Origin: Eledone cirrhosa
Taxonomy: Eukaryota
Direction of reading: 5' to 3'
DNA length: 64,000 bases
Assembly: GCA_964016885.1 (NCBI GenBank)
Contig: OZ024743.1
Coordinates: 90,396,001-90,460,000, forward strand
Part shown: positions 1-18,000 of the stretch, piece by piece
Layout of the letters: every line of letters starts with the position of its first letter
Numbering within the stretch: the first letter of the stretch is position 1
Notes under the pieces: model-generated
Seen by the model: the letters and a program-made list of their open reading frames with translations, nothing else
Database searches by the model: none
What the model was told of the DNA's origin: nothing
Position numbers and translations under genes: made by a program

Positions 1-3000
1 ATCTACACACTGTATCTATACGGTCAACATCTACACACTGTATCTATCTATACAGTCAACATCTATACACTGTATCTATATAGGCAACATCTACACACTG
101 TATCTATACAGTCAACATCTACACACTGTACCTATACAGTCAACATCTAAACACCGTATCTATCTATATAGTCAACATCTACACACTGTATCTATCTATA
201 CAGTCAACATCTACACACTGTATCTATCTATACAGTCAACATCTACACACTGTATCTATATAGTCAACATCTACACACTGAATCTATATATATAGTCAAC
301 ATCTACACACTGTATCTATATAGTCAACATCTACACACTGTATCTATATATATAGTCAACTTCTACACACTGTATCTATGTATATAGTCAACATCTACAC
401 ACTGTGTCTATCTATACAGTCAACAACTACACACTGTATCTATCTATACAGTCAACATCTACACACTGTATCTATATATATATAGTCAACATCTACACAC
501 TGTATCTTTCTATACAGTCAACATCTACACACTGTATCTATACAGTCAACATCTACACACTGTATATATCTATACAGTCAACATCTACACACTGTATATA
601 TACAGTCAACATCTACACACTGTATCTATATAGTCAACATCTACACACTGTATCTATACAGTCAGCATCTACACACTGTATCTATACAGTCAACATCTAC
701 ACACTGTATCTATCTATACAGTCAACATCTACACAGGGTATCTATATAGTCAACACCTACACACTGTATCTATCTATACAGTCAACATCTACACACTATA
801 TCTATATAGTCAACATCTACACACTGTATCTATCTATACTGTCAACATCTACACACTGTATCTATCTATACAGTCAACATCTACACACTGTGTCTATCTA
901 TACAGTCAACATCTACACACTGTATCTATAGTCAACATCTACACACTATCTATACAGTCAAAATCTACACACTGTATCTCTCTATATAGTCAACATCTAC
1001 ACACTGTATCTATATAGTCAACATCTACACATTGTATCTATCTATACAGTCAACATCTACACACTGTATCTATATAGTCAACATCTACACACTGTATCTA
1101 TACAGTCAACATCTACACACTGTATCTATCTATACAGTCAACATCTATACACTGTATCTATATAGTCAACATCTACACACTGTATCTATATAGTCAACAT
1201 CTACACACTGTATCTATATAGTCAACATCTACACACTGTATCTATCTATAAAGTCAACATCTACACACTGTATCTATCTATAAAGTCAACATCTACACAC
1301 TGTATCTATCTATATAGTCAACATCTACACACTGTATCTATATAGTCAACATCTACACACTGTATCTATATAGTCAACATCTACACACTGTATCTATATA
1401 GTCAACATCTACACACTGTATCTATATAGTCAACATCTACACACTGTATCTATACAGTCAACATCTACACGCTGTATCTATCTATACAGTCAATATCTAT
1501 ACACTGTATCTATATAGTCAACATCTACACACTGTATCTATCTATACAGTCAACGTCTATACACTGTATCTATATAGGCAACATCTACACACTGTATCTA
1601 TACAGTCAACATCTACACACTGTATCTATACAGTCAACATCTACACACTGTATCTATCTATATAGTCAACATCTACACACTGTATCTATATAGTCAACAT
1701 CTACACACTGTATCTATATAGTCAACATCTACACACTGCATCTATATAGTCAACATCTACACACTGTATCTATATAGTCAACATATACACACTGTATCTA
1801 TATAGTCAACATCTACACACTGTATCTATACAGTCAACATCTACACGCTGTATCTATACAGTCAACATCTATACACTGTATCTATATAGGCAACATCTAC
1901 ACACTGTATCTATACAGTCAACATCTACACACTGTATCTATACAGTCAACATCTACACACTATCTATACAGTCAAAATCTACACACTGTATCTCTCTATA
2001 TAGTCAACATCTACACACTGTATCTATATAGTCAACATCTACAAATTGTATCTATCTATACAGTCAACATCTACAAATTGTATCTATCTATACAGTCAAC
2101 ATCTACACACTGTATCTATATAGTCAACATCTACACACTGTATCTATACAGTCAACATCTACACACTGTATCTATCTATACAGTCAACATCTATACACTG
2201 TATCTATATAGTCAACATCTACACACTGTATCTATATAGTCAACATCTACACACTGTATCTATCTATAAAGTCAACATCTACACACTGTATCTATCTATA
2301 TAGTCAACATCTACACACTGTATCTATATCGTCAACATCTACACACTGTATCTATATAGTCAACATCTACACACTGTATCTATATAGTCAACATCTACAC
2401 ACTGTATCTATATAGTCAACATCTACACACTGTATCTATACGGTCAACATCTACACACTGTATCTATCTATACAGTCAACATCTATACACTGTATCTATA
2501 TAGGCAACATCTACACACTGTATCTATACAGTCAACATCTACACACTGTACCTATACAGTCAACATCTACACACCGTATCTATCTATATAGTCAACATCT
2601 ACACACTGTATCTATCTATACAGTCAACATCTACACACTGTATCTATCTATACAGTCAACATCTACACACTGTATCTATATAGTCAACATCTACACACTG
2701 TATCTATATATATAGTCAACATCTACACACTGTATCTATATAGTCAACATCTACACACTGTATCTATACAGTCAACATCTACACACTGTATTTATATAGT
2801 CAACATCTACACACTGTATCTATCTATACAGTCAACATGTACACACTGTATCTATACAGTCAACATCTATACACTGTATCTATCTATACAGTCGACATCT
2901 ACACACTGTATCTATCTATATAGTCAACATCTACACACTGTATCTATATAGTCAACATCTACACACTGTATCTATATAGTCAACATCTACACACTGTATC

Positions 3001-6000
3001 TATATAGTCAACATCTACACACTGTATCTATATAGTCAACATCTCCACACTGTATCTATACAGTCAACATCTACACACTGTATCTATACAGTCAACATCT
3101 ACACACTGAATCTATCTATACAGTCAACATGGACACACTGTATCTATCTATATAGTCAACATCTACACATTGTATCTATATAGTCAACATCTACACACTG
3201 TATCTATACAGTCAACATCTACACACTGTATCTATACAGTCAACATCTACACACTGTATCTATACAGTCAACATCTACACACTGTATCTATCTATACAGT
3301 CAACATCTACACACTGTATCTATATAGTCAACATCTACACACTGTATCTATGTATAGAGTCAACATCTACACACTGTATCTATCTATACAGTCAACATCT
3401 ACACACTGTATCTATATAGTCAACATCTACACACTGTATCTATACAGTCAACATCTACACACTGTATCTATCTATACAGTCAACATCTATACACTGTATC
3501 TATATAGTCAACATCTACACACTGTATCTATATAGTCAACATCTACACACTGTATCTATCTATAAAGTCAACATCTACACACTGTATCTATCTATAAAGG
3601 CAACATCTACACACCGTATCTATCTATATAGTCAACATCTACACACTGTATCTATATAGTCAACATCTACACACTGTATCTATATAGTCAACATCTACAC
3701 ACTGTATCTATATAGTCAACATCTACACACTGTATCTATATATTCAACATCTACACACTGTATCTATATAGTCAACATCTACACACTGTATCTATACAGT
3801 CAACATCTACACGCTGAATCTATCTATACAGTCAATATCTATACACTGTATCTATCTATACAGTCAACATCTATACACTGTATCTATATAGGCAACATCT
3901 ACACACTGTATCTATACAGTCAACATCTACACACTGTATCTATACAGTCAACATCTACACACTGTATCTATCTATATAGTCAACATCTACACACTGTATC
4001 TATATAGTCAACATCTACACACTGTATCTATATAGTCAACATCTACACACTGTATCTATATAGTCAACATCTACACACTGTATCTATGTAGTCAACATCT
4101 ACACACTGTATCTATATAGTCAACATCTACACACTGTATCTATACAGTCAACATCTACATGCTGTATCTATCTATACAGTCAATATATATACACTGTATC
4201 TATATAGTCAACATCTACACACTGTATCTATCTATACAGTCAACATCTATACACTGTATCTATATAGGCAACATCTACACACTGTATCTATACAGTCAAC
4301 ATCTACACACTGTATCTATACAGTCAACATCTACACACTGTATCTATCTATATAGTCAACATCTACACACTGTATCTATATAGTCAACATCTACACACTG
4401 TATCTATATAGTCAACATCTACACACTGTATCTATATAGTCAACATCTACACACTGTATCTATCTATATAGTCAACATCTACACTGTATCTATACAGTCA
4501 ACATCTACACACTGTATCTATACAGTCAACATCTACACACTGTATTTATATAGTCAACATCTACACACTGTATCTATCTATACAGTCAACATCTACACAC
4601 TGTATCTATACAGTCAACATCTACACACTGTATCTATATAGTCAACATCTACACACTGTATCTATATAGTCAACATCTACACACTGTATCTATATAGTCA
4701 ACATCTACACACTGTATCTATATAGTCAACATCTACACGCTGTATCTATCTATACAGTCAATATCTATACACTGTATCTATATAGTCAACATCTACACAC
4801 TGTATCTATCTATACAGTCAACATCTATACACTGTATCTATACAGTCAACATCGACACACTGTATCTATACAGTCAACATCTACACACTGTATCTATACA
4901 GTCAACATCTACACACTGTATCTATATAGTCAACATCTACACACTGTATCTATATAGTCAACATCTACACACTGTATCTATATAGTCAACATCTACACAC
5001 TGTATCTATCTATACAGGCAACATCTACACACTGTATCTATACAGTCAACATCTACACACTGTATCTATACAGTCAACATCTACACACTGTATCTATCTA
5101 TATAGTCAACATCTACACACTGTATCTATATAGTCAACATCTACACACTGTATCTATATAGTCAACATCTACACACTGTATCTATATAGTCTACATCTAC
5201 ACACTGTATCTATATAGTCAACATCTACACACTGTATCTATATAGTCAACATCTACACACTGTATCTATACAGTCAACATCTACAAGCTGTATCTATCTA
5301 TACAGTCAATATCTATACACTGTATCTATATAGTCAACATCTACACACTGTATCTATCTATACAGTCAACATCTATACACTGTATCTATATAGGCAACAT
5401 CTACACACTGTATCTATACAGTCAACATCTACACACTGTATCTATACAGTCAACATCTACACACTGTATCTATCTATATAGTCAACATCTACACACTGTA
5501 TCTATATAGTCAACATCTACACACTGTATCTATCTATACAGTCAACATCTACACACTATATCTATACAGTCAACATCTACACACTGTATTTATATAGTCA
5601 ACATCTACACACTGTATCTATATATACAGTCAACATGTACACACTGTATCTATACAGTCAACATCTATACACTGTGACTATCTATACAGTCAGCATCTAC
5701 ATACTTTCTCTATCTATATAGTCAACATCTACACACTGTATCTATCTATACAGTCAACATCTACACACTGTATCTATATAGTCAACATCTACACACTGTA
5801 TCTATATAGTCAACATCTACACACTGTATCTATCTATATAGTCAACATCTATACACTGTATTTATATAGTCAACATCTACACACTGTATCTATACAGGCA
5901 ACATCTACATACTGTATCTATCTATATAGTCAACATCTATACACTGTATTTATATAGTCAACATCTACACACTGTATCTATCTATACTGTCAACATCTAC

Positions 6001-9000
6001 ACACTGTATCTATCTATACAGTCAAAATCTACACACTGTGTCTATCTATCCAGTCAACATCTACACACTGTATCAATACAGTCAACATCGACACACTGTA
6101 TCTAAACAGCCAACATCTACAGACTGTATCTATATAGTCAACATCTACACACTGTATCTATATATATAGTCAACATCTACAAACTGAATCTATATAGTCA
6201 ACATCTACACACGGTATCTATACAGTCAACATCTACACACTGTATCTATACAGTCAACATCTACACACTGTATCTATACAGTCAACATCTACACACTCTA
6301 TCTATATAGTCAACATCTACACACTGTATCTATATAGTCAACATCTACACACTGTATCTATATAGTCAACATCTACACACTGTATCTATCTATATAGTCA
6401 ACATCTACACACTGTATCTATACAGTCAATATCTACACACTGTAACTATCTATATAGTCAACATCTACACACTGTATCTATATAGTCAACATCTACACAC
6501 TGTATCTATATAGTCAACATCTACACACTGAATCTATATATATAGTCAACATCTACACACTGTATCTATATAGTCAACATCTACACACTGTATCTATATA
6601 TATAGTCAACTTCTACACACTGTATCTATGTATATAGTCAACATCTACACACTGTGTCTATCTATACAGTCAACAACTACACACTGTATCTATCTATACA
6701 GTCAACATCTACACACTGTATCTATATATATATAGTCAACATCTACACACTGTATCTTTCTATACAGTCAACATCTACACACTGTATCTATACAGTCAAC
6801 ATCTACACACTGTATATATCTATACAGTCAACATCTACACACTGTATATATACAGTCAACATCTACACACTGTATCTATATAGTCAACATCTACACACTG
6901 TATCTATACAGTCAGCATCTACACACTGTATCTATACAGTCAACATCTACACACTGTATCTATCTATACAGTCAACATCTACACAGGGTATCTATATAGT
7001 CAACACCTACACACTGTATCTATCTATACAGTCAACATCTACACACTATATCTATATAGTCAACATCTACACACTGTATCTATCTATACTGTCAACATCT
7101 ACACACTGTATCTATCTATACAGTCAACATCTACACACTGTGTCTATCTATACAGTCAACATCTACACACTGTATCTATAGTCAACATCTACACACTATC
7201 TATACAGTCAAAATCTACACACTGTATCTCTCTATATAGTCAACATCTACACACTGTATCTATATAGTCAACATCTACACATTGTATCTATCTATACAGT
7301 CAACATCTACACACTGTATCTATATAGTCAACATCTACACACTGTATCTATACAGTCAACATCTACACACTGTATCTATCTATACAGTCAACATCTATAC
7401 ACTGTATCTATATAGGCAACATCTACACACTGTATCTATACAGTCAACATCTACACACTGTATCTATACAGTCAACATCTACACACTGTATCTATCTATA
7501 TAGTCAACATTTACACACTGTATCTATATAGTCAACATCTACACACTGTATCTATACAGTCAACATCTACACACTGTATTTATATAGTCAACATCTACAC
7601 ACTGTATCTATCTATACAGTCAACATGTACACACTGTATCTATACAGTCAACATCTATACACTGTATCTATCTATACAGTCGACATCTACACACTGTATC
7701 TATCTATATAGTCAACATCTACACACTGTATCTATATAGTCAACATCTACACACTGTATCTATATAGTCAACATCTACACACTGTATCTATATAGTCAAC
7801 ATCTACACACTGTATCTATATAGTCAACATCTCCACACTGTATCTATACAGTCAACATCTACACACTGTATCTATACAGTCAACATCTACACACTGAATC
7901 TATCTATACAGTCAACATGGACACACTGTATCTATCTATATAGTCAACATCTACACATTGTATCTATATAGTCAACATCTACACACTGTATCTATACAGT
8001 CAACATCTACACACTGTATCTATACAGTCAACATCTACACACTGTATCTATACAGTCAACATCTACACACTGTATCTATCTATACAGTCAACATCTACAC
8101 ACTGTATCTATGTATAGAGTCAACATCTACACACTGTATCTATCTATACAGTCAACATCTACACACTGTATCTATATAGTCAACATCTACACACTGTATC
8201 TATACAGTCAACATCTACACACTGTATCTATCTATACAGTCAACATCTATACACTGTATCTATATAGTCAACATCTACACACTGTATCTATATAGTCAAC
8301 ATCTACACACTGTATCTATCTATAAAGTCAACATCTACACACTGTATCTATCTATAAAGGCAACATCTACACACCGTATCTATCTATATAGTCAACATCT
8401 ACACACTGTATCTATATAGTCAACATCTACACACTGTATCTATATAGTCAACATCTACACACTGTATCTATATAGTCAACATCTACACACTGTATCTATA
8501 TATTCAACATCTACACACTGTATCTATATAGTCAACATCTACACACTGTATCTATACAGTCAACATCTACACGCTGAATCTATCTATACAGTCAATATCT
8601 ATACACTGTATCTATCTATACAGTCAACATCTATACACTGTATCTATATAGGCAACATCTACACACTGTATCTATACAGTCAACATCTACACACTGTATC
8701 TATACAGTCAACATCTACACACTGTATCTATCTATATAGTCAACATCTACACACTGTATCTATATAGTCAACATCTACACACTGTATCTATATAGTCAAC
8801 ATCTACACACTGTATCTATATAGTCAACATCTACACACTGTATCTATGTAGTCAACATCTACACACTGTATCTATATAGTCAACATCTACACACTGTATC
8901 TATACAGTCAACATCTACATGCTGTATCTATCTATACAGTCAATATATATACACTGTATCTATATAGTCAACATCTACACACTGTATCTATCTATACAGT

Positions 9001-12000
9001 CAACATCTATACACTGTATCTATATAGGCAACATCTACACACTGTATCTATACAGTCAACATCTACACACTGTATCTATACAGTCAACATCTACACACTG
9101 TATCTATCTATATAGTCAACATCTACACACTGTATCTATATAGTCAACATCTACACACTGTATCTATATAGTCAACATCTACACACTGTATCTATATAGT
9201 CAACATCTACACACTGTATCTATCTATATAGTCAACATCTACACTGTATCTATACAGTCAACATCTACACACTGTATCTATACAGTCAACATCTACACAC
9301 TGTATTTATATAGTCAACATCTACACACTGTATCTATCTATACAGTCAACATCTACACACTGTATCTATACAGTCAACATCTACACACTGTATCTATATA
9401 GTCAACATCTACACACTGTATCTATATAGTCAACATCTACACACTGTATCTATATAGTCAACATCTACACACTGTATCTATATAGTCAACATCTACACGC
9501 TGTATCTATCTATACAGTCAATATCTATACACTGTATCTATATAGTCAACATCTACACACTGTATCTATCTATACAGTCAACATCTATACACTGTATCTA
9601 TACAGTCAACATCGACACACTGTATCTATACAGTCAACATCTACACACTGTATCTATACAGTCAACATCTACACACTGTATCTATATAGTCAACATCTAC
9701 ACACTGTATCTATATAGTCAACATCTACACACTGTATCTATATAGTCAACATCTACACACTGTATCTATCTATACAGGCAACATCTACACACTGTATCTA
9801 TACAGTCAACATCTACACACTGTATCTATACAGTCAACATCTACACACTGTATCTATCTATATAGTCAACATCTACACACTGTATCTATATAGTCAACAT
9901 CTACACACTGTATCTATATAGTCAACATCTACACACTGTATCTATATAGTCTACATCTACACACTGTATCTATATAGTCAACATCTACACACTGTATCTA
10001 TATAGTCAACATCTACACACTGTATCTATACAGTCAACATCTACAAGCTGTATCTATCTATACAGTCAATATCTATACACTGTATCTATATAGTCAACAT
10101 CTACACACTGTATCTATCTATACAGTCAACATCTATACACTGTATCTATATAGGCAACATCTACACACTGTATCTATACAGTCAACATCTACACACTGTA
10201 TCTATACAGTCAACATCTACACACTGTATCTATCTATATAGTCAACATCTACACACTGTATCTATATAGTCAACATCTACACACTGTATCTATCTATACA
10301 GTCAACTTCTACACACTATATCTATACAGTCAACATCTACACACTGTATTTATATAGTCAACATCTACACACTGTATCTATATATACAGTCAACATGTAC
10401 ACACTGTATCTATACAGTCAACATCTATACACTGTGACTATCTATACAGTCAGCATCTACATACTTTCTCTATGTATATAGTCAACATCTACACACTGTA
10501 TCTATCTATACAGTCAACATCTACACACTGTATCTATATAGTCAACATCTACACACTGTATCTATATAGTCAACATCTACACACTGTATCTATCTATATA
10601 GTCAACATCTATACACTGTATTTATATAGTCAACATCTACACACTGTATCTATACAGGCAACATCTACATACTGTATCTATCTATATAGTCAACATCTAT
10701 ACACTGTATTTATATAGTCAACATCTACACACTGTATCTATCTATACTGTCAACATCTACACACTGTATCTATCTATACAGTCAAAATCTACACACTGTG
10801 TCTATCTATCCAGTCAACATCTACACACTGTATCAATACAGTCAACATCGACACACTGTATCTAAACAGCCAACATCTACAGACTGTATCTATATAGTCA
10901 ACATCTACACACTGTATCTATATATATAGTCAACATCTACAAACTGAATCTATATAGTCAACATCTACACACGGTATCTATACAGTCAACATCTACACAC
11001 TGTATCTATACAGTCAACATCTACACACTGTATCTATACAGTCAACATCTACACACTCTATCTATATAGTCAACATCTACACACTGTATCTATATAGTCA
11101 ACATCTACACACTGTATCTATATAGTCAACATCTACACACTGTATCTATCTATATAGTCAACATCTACACACTGTATCTATACAGTCAATATCTACACAC
11201 TGTAACTATCTATATAGTCAACATCTACACACTGTATCTATATAGTCAACATCTACACACTGTATCTATATAGTCAACATCTACACACTGTATCTATATA
11301 GTCAACATCTACACACTGTATCTATATAGTCAACATCTACACACTGTATCTATATAGTCAACATCTACACACTGTATCTATACGGTCAACATCTACACAC
11401 TGTATCTATCTATACAGTCAACATCTATACACTGTATCTATATAGGCAACATCTACACACTGTATCTATACAGTCAACATCTACACACTGTACCTATACA
11501 GTCAACATCTAAACACCGTATCTATCTATATAGTCAACATCTACACACTGTATCTATCTATACAGTCAACATCTACACACTGTATCTATCTATACAGTCA
11601 ACATCTACACACTGTATCTATATAGTCAACATCTACACACTGAATCTATATATATAGTCAACATCTACACACTGTATCTATATAGTCAACATCTACACAC
11701 TGTATCTATATATATAGTCAACTTCTACACACTGTATCTATGTATATAGTCAACATCTACACACTGTGTCTATCTATACAGTCAACAACTACACACTGTA
11801 TCTATCTATACAGTCAACATCTACACACTGTATCTATATATATATAGTCAACATCTACACACTGTATCTTTCTATACAGTCAACATCTACACACTGTATC
11901 TATACAGTCAACATCTACACACTGTATATATCTATACAGTCAACATCTACACACTGTATATATACAGTCAACATCTACACACTGTATCTATATAGTCAAC

Positions 12001-15000
12001 ATCTACACACTGTATCTATACAGTCAGCATCTACACACTGTATCTATACAGTCAACATCTACACACTGTATCTATCTATACAGTCAACATCTACACAGGG
12101 TATCTATATAGTCAACACCTACACACTGTATCTATCTATACAGTCAACATCTACACACTATATCTATATAGTCAACATCTACACACTGTATCTATCTATA
12201 CTGTCAACATCTACACACTGTATCTATCTATACAGTCAACATCTACACACTGTGTCTATCTATACAGTCAACATCTACACACTGTATCTATAGTCAACAT
12301 CTACACACTATCTATACAGTCAAAATCTACACACTGTATCTCTCTATATAGTCAACATCTACACACTGTATCTATATAGTCAACATCTACACATTGTATC
12401 TATCTATACAGTCAACATCTACACACTGTATCTATATAGTCAACATCTACACACTGTATCTATACAGTCAACATCTACACACTGTATCTATCTATACAGT
12501 CAACATCTATACACTGTATCTATATAGTCAACATCTACACACTGTATCTATATAGTCAACATCTACACACTGTATCTATATAGTCAACATCTACACACTG
12601 TATCTATCTATAAAGTCAACATCTACACACTGTATCTATCTATAAAGTCAACATCTACACACTGTATCTATCTATATAGTCAACATCTACACACTGTATC
12701 TATATAGTCAACATCTACACACTGTATCTATATAGTCAACATCTACACACTGTATCTATATAGTCAACATCTACACACTGTATCTATATAGTCAACATCT
12801 ACACACTGTATCTATACAGTCAACATCTACACGCTGTATCTATCTATACAGTCAATATCTATACACTGTATCTATATAGTCAACATCTACACACTGTATC
12901 TATCTATACAGTCAACGTCTATACACTGTATCTATATAGGCAACATCTACACACTGTATCTATACAGTCAACATCTACACACTGTATCTATACAGTCAAC
13001 ATCTACACACTGTATCTATCTATATAGTCAACATCTACACACTGTATCTATATAGTCAACATCTACACACTGTATCTATATAGTCAACATCTACACACTG
13101 CATCTATATAGTCAACATCTACACACTGTATCTATATAGTCAACATATACACACTGTATCTATATAGTCAACATCTACACACTGTATCTATACAGTCAAC
13201 ATCTACACGCTGTATCTATACAGTCAACATCTATACACTGTATCTATATAGGCAACATCTACACACTGTATCTATACAGTCAACATCTACACACTGTATC
13301 TATACAGTCAACATCTACACACTATCTATACAGTCAAAATCTACACACTGTATCTCTCTATATAGTCAACATCTACACACTGTATCTATATAGTCAACAT
13401 CTACAAATTGTATCTATCTATACAGTCAACATCTACAAATTGTATCTATCTATACAGTCAACATCTACACACTGTATCTATATAGTCAACATCTACACAC
13501 TGTATCTATACAGTCAACATCTACACACTGTATCTATCTATACAGTCAACATCTATACACTGTATCTATATAGTCAACATCTACACACTGTATCTATATA
13601 GTCAACATCTACACACTGTATCTATCTATAAAGTCAACATCTACACACTGTATCTATCTATATAGTCAACATCTACACACTGTATCTATATCGTCAACAT
13701 CTACACACTGTATCTATATAGTCAACATCTACACACTGTATCTATATAGTCAACATCTACACACTGTATCTATATAGTCAACATCTACACACTGTATCTA
13801 TACGGTCAACATCTACACACTGTATCTATCTATACAGTCAACATCTATACACTGTATCTATATAGGCAACATCTACACACTGTATCTATACAGTCAACAT
13901 CTACACACTGTACCTATACAGTCAACATCTACACACCGTATCTATCTATATAGTCAACATCTACACACTGTATCTATCTATACAGTCAACATCTACACAC
14001 TGTATCTATCTATACAGTCAACATCTACACACTGTATCTATATAGTCAACATCTACACACTGTATCTATATATATAGTCAACATCTACACACTGTATCTA
14101 TATAGTCAACATCTACACACTGTATCTATATATATAGTCAACATCTACACACTGTATCTATATATATAGTCAACATCTACACACTGTATCTATCTATACA
14201 GTCAACAACTACACACTGTATCTATCTATACAGTCAACATCTACACACTGTATCTATATATATATAGTCAACATCTACACACTGTATCTTTCTATACAGT
14301 CAACATCTACACACTGTATCTATACAGTCAACATCTACACACTGTATATATCTATACAGTCAACATCTACACACTGTGTCTATCTATACAGTCAACATCT
14401 ACACACTGTATATATACAGTCAACATCTACACACTGTATCTATATAGTCAACATCTACACACTGTATCTATACAGTCAACATCTACACACTGTATCTATA
14501 CAGTCAACATCTACACACTGTATCTATCTATACAGTCAACATCTACACAGGGTATCTATATAGTCAACACCTACACACTGTATCTATCTATACAGTCAAC
14601 ATCTACACACTGTGTCTATCTATACAGTCAACATCTACACACTGTATCTATACAGTCAACATCTACACACTATCTATACAGTCAAAATCTACACACTGTA
14701 TCTCTCTATATAGTCAACATCTACACACTGTATCTATATAGTCAACATCTACACTTTGTATCTATCTATACAGTCAACATCTACACACTGTATCTATATA
14801 GTCAACATCTACACACTGTATCTATACAGTCAACATCTACACACTGTATCTATCTATACAGTCAACATCTATACACTGTATCTATATAGTCAACATCTAC
14901 ACACTGTATCTATATAGTCAACATCTACACACTGTATCTATCTATAAAGTCAACATCTACACACTGTATCTATCTATAAAGTCAACATCTACACACTGTA

Positions 15001-18000
15001 TCTATCTATATAGTCAACATCTACACACTGTATCTATATAGTCAACATCTACACACTGTATCTATATAGTCAACATCTACACACTGTATCTATATAGTCA
15101 ACATCTACACACTGTATCTATACAGTCAACATCTACACGCTGTATCTATCTATACAGTCAATATCTATACACTCTATCTATATAGTCAACATCTACACAC
15201 TGTATCTATCTATACAGTCAACATCTATACACTGTATCTATATAGGCAACATCTACACACTGTATCTATACAGTCAACATCTACACACTGTATCTATACA
15301 GTCAAAATCTACACACTGTATCTATCTATATAGTCAACATCTACACACTGTATCTATATAGTCAACATCTACACACTGTATCTATATAGTCAACATCTAC
15401 ACACTGTATCTATATAGTCAACATCTACACACTGCATCTATATAGTCAACATCTACACACTGTATCTATATAGTCAACATCTACACACTGTATCTATATA
15501 GTCAACATCTACACACTGTATCTATACAGTCAACATCTACACGCTGTACCTATCTATACAGTCAATATCTATACACTCTATCTATATAGTCAACATCTAC
15601 ACACTGTATCTATCTATACAGTCAACATCTATACACTGTATCTATATAGGCAACATCTACACACTGTATCTATACAGTCAACATCTACACACTGTATCTA
15701 TACAGTCAACATCTACACACTATCTATACAGTCAAAATCTACACACTGTATCTCTCTATATAGTCAACATCTACACACTTTATCTATATAGTCAACATCT
15801 ACAAATTGCATCTATCTATACAGTCAATATCTACACACTGTATCTATATAGTCAACATCTACACACTGTATCTATACAGTCAACATCTACACACTGTATC
15901 TATCTATACAGTCAACATCTATACACTGTATCTATATAGTCAACATCTACACACTGTATCTATATAGTCAACATCTACACACTGTATCTATCTATAAAGT
16001 CAACATCTACACACTGTATCTATCTATAAAGTCAACATCTACACACTGTATCTATCTATATAGTCAACATCTACACACTGTATCTATATCGTCAACATCT
16101 ACACACTGTATCTATATAGTCAAGATCTACACACTGTATCTATATAGTCAACATCTACACACTGTATCTATATAGTCAACATCTACACACTGTATCTATA
16201 TAGTCAACATCTACACACTGTATCTATATAGTCAACATCTACACACTGTATCTATACAGTCAACATCTACACGCTGCATCTATCTATACAGTCAATATCT
16301 ATACACTGTATCTATATAGTCAACATCTACACACTGTATCTATCTATACAGTCAACATCTATACACTGTATCTATCTATATAGTCAACATCTACACACTG
16401 TATCTATCTATAAAGTCAACATCTACACACTGTATCTATCTATATAGTCAACATCTACACACTGTATCTATCTATATAGTCATCATCTACACACTGTATC
16501 TATATAGTCAACATCTACACACTGTATCTATATAGTCAACATCTACACACTGTATCTATATAGTCAACATCTACACACTGTATCTATATAGTCAACATCT
16601 ACACACTGTATCTATACAGTCAACATCTACACGCTATATCTATCTATACAGTCAATATCTATACACTGTATCTATATAGTCAACATCTACACACTGTATC
16701 TATCTATACAGTCAACATCTATACACTGTATCTATATAGGCAACATCTACACACTGTATCTATACAGTCAACATCTACACACTGTATCTATCTATATAGT
16801 CAACATCTACACACTGTATCTATACAATCAACATCTACACACTGTATCTATCTATATAGTCAACATCTACACACTGTATCTATCTATATAGTCAACATCT
16901 ACACACTGTATCTATATAGTCAACATCTACACACTGTATCTATCTATACAGTCAACATCTATACACTGTATCTATATAGGCAACATCTACACACTGTATC
17001 TATACAGTCAACATCTACACACTGTATCTATACAGTCAACATCTACACACTGTATCTATCTATATAGTCAACATTTACACACTGTATCTATATAGTCAAC
17101 ATCTACACACTGTATCTATACAGTCAACATCTACACACTGTATTTATATAGTCAACATCTACACACTGTATCTATCTATACAGTCAACATGTACACACTG
17201 TATCTATACAGTCAACATCTATACACTGTATCTATCTATACAGTCGACATCTACACACTGTATCTATCTATATAGTCAACATCTACACACTGTATCTATA
17301 TAGTCAACATCTACACACTGTATCTATATAGTCAACATCTACACACTGTATCTATATAGTCAACATCTACACACTGTATCTATATAGTCAACATCTCCAC
17401 ACTGTATCTATACAGTCAACATCTACACACTGTATCTATACAGTCAACATCTACACACTGAATCTATCTATACAGTCAACATGTACACACTGTATCTATC
17501 TATATAGTCAACATCTACACATTGTATCTATATAGTCAACATCTACACACTGTATCTATACAGTCAACATCTACACACTGTATCTATACAGTCAACATCT
17601 ACACACTGTATCTATACAGTCAACATCTACACACTGTATCTATCTATACAGTCAACATCTACACACTGTATCTATATAGTCAACATCTACACACTGTATC
17701 TATGTATAGAGTCAACATCTACACACTGTATCTATCTATATAGTCAACATCTACACACTATGTATCTATACAGTCAACATCTACACACTGTATCTATATA
17801 GTCAACATCTACACACTGTATCTATCTATACAGTCAACATCTACACACTGTATCTATCTATACAGTCAATATCTACACACTGTATCTATATAGTCAACAT
17901 CTACACACTGTATCTATCTATACAGTCAACATCTACACACTGTATCTATCTATATAGTCAACATCTACACACTGTATCTATATAGTCAACATCTACACAC

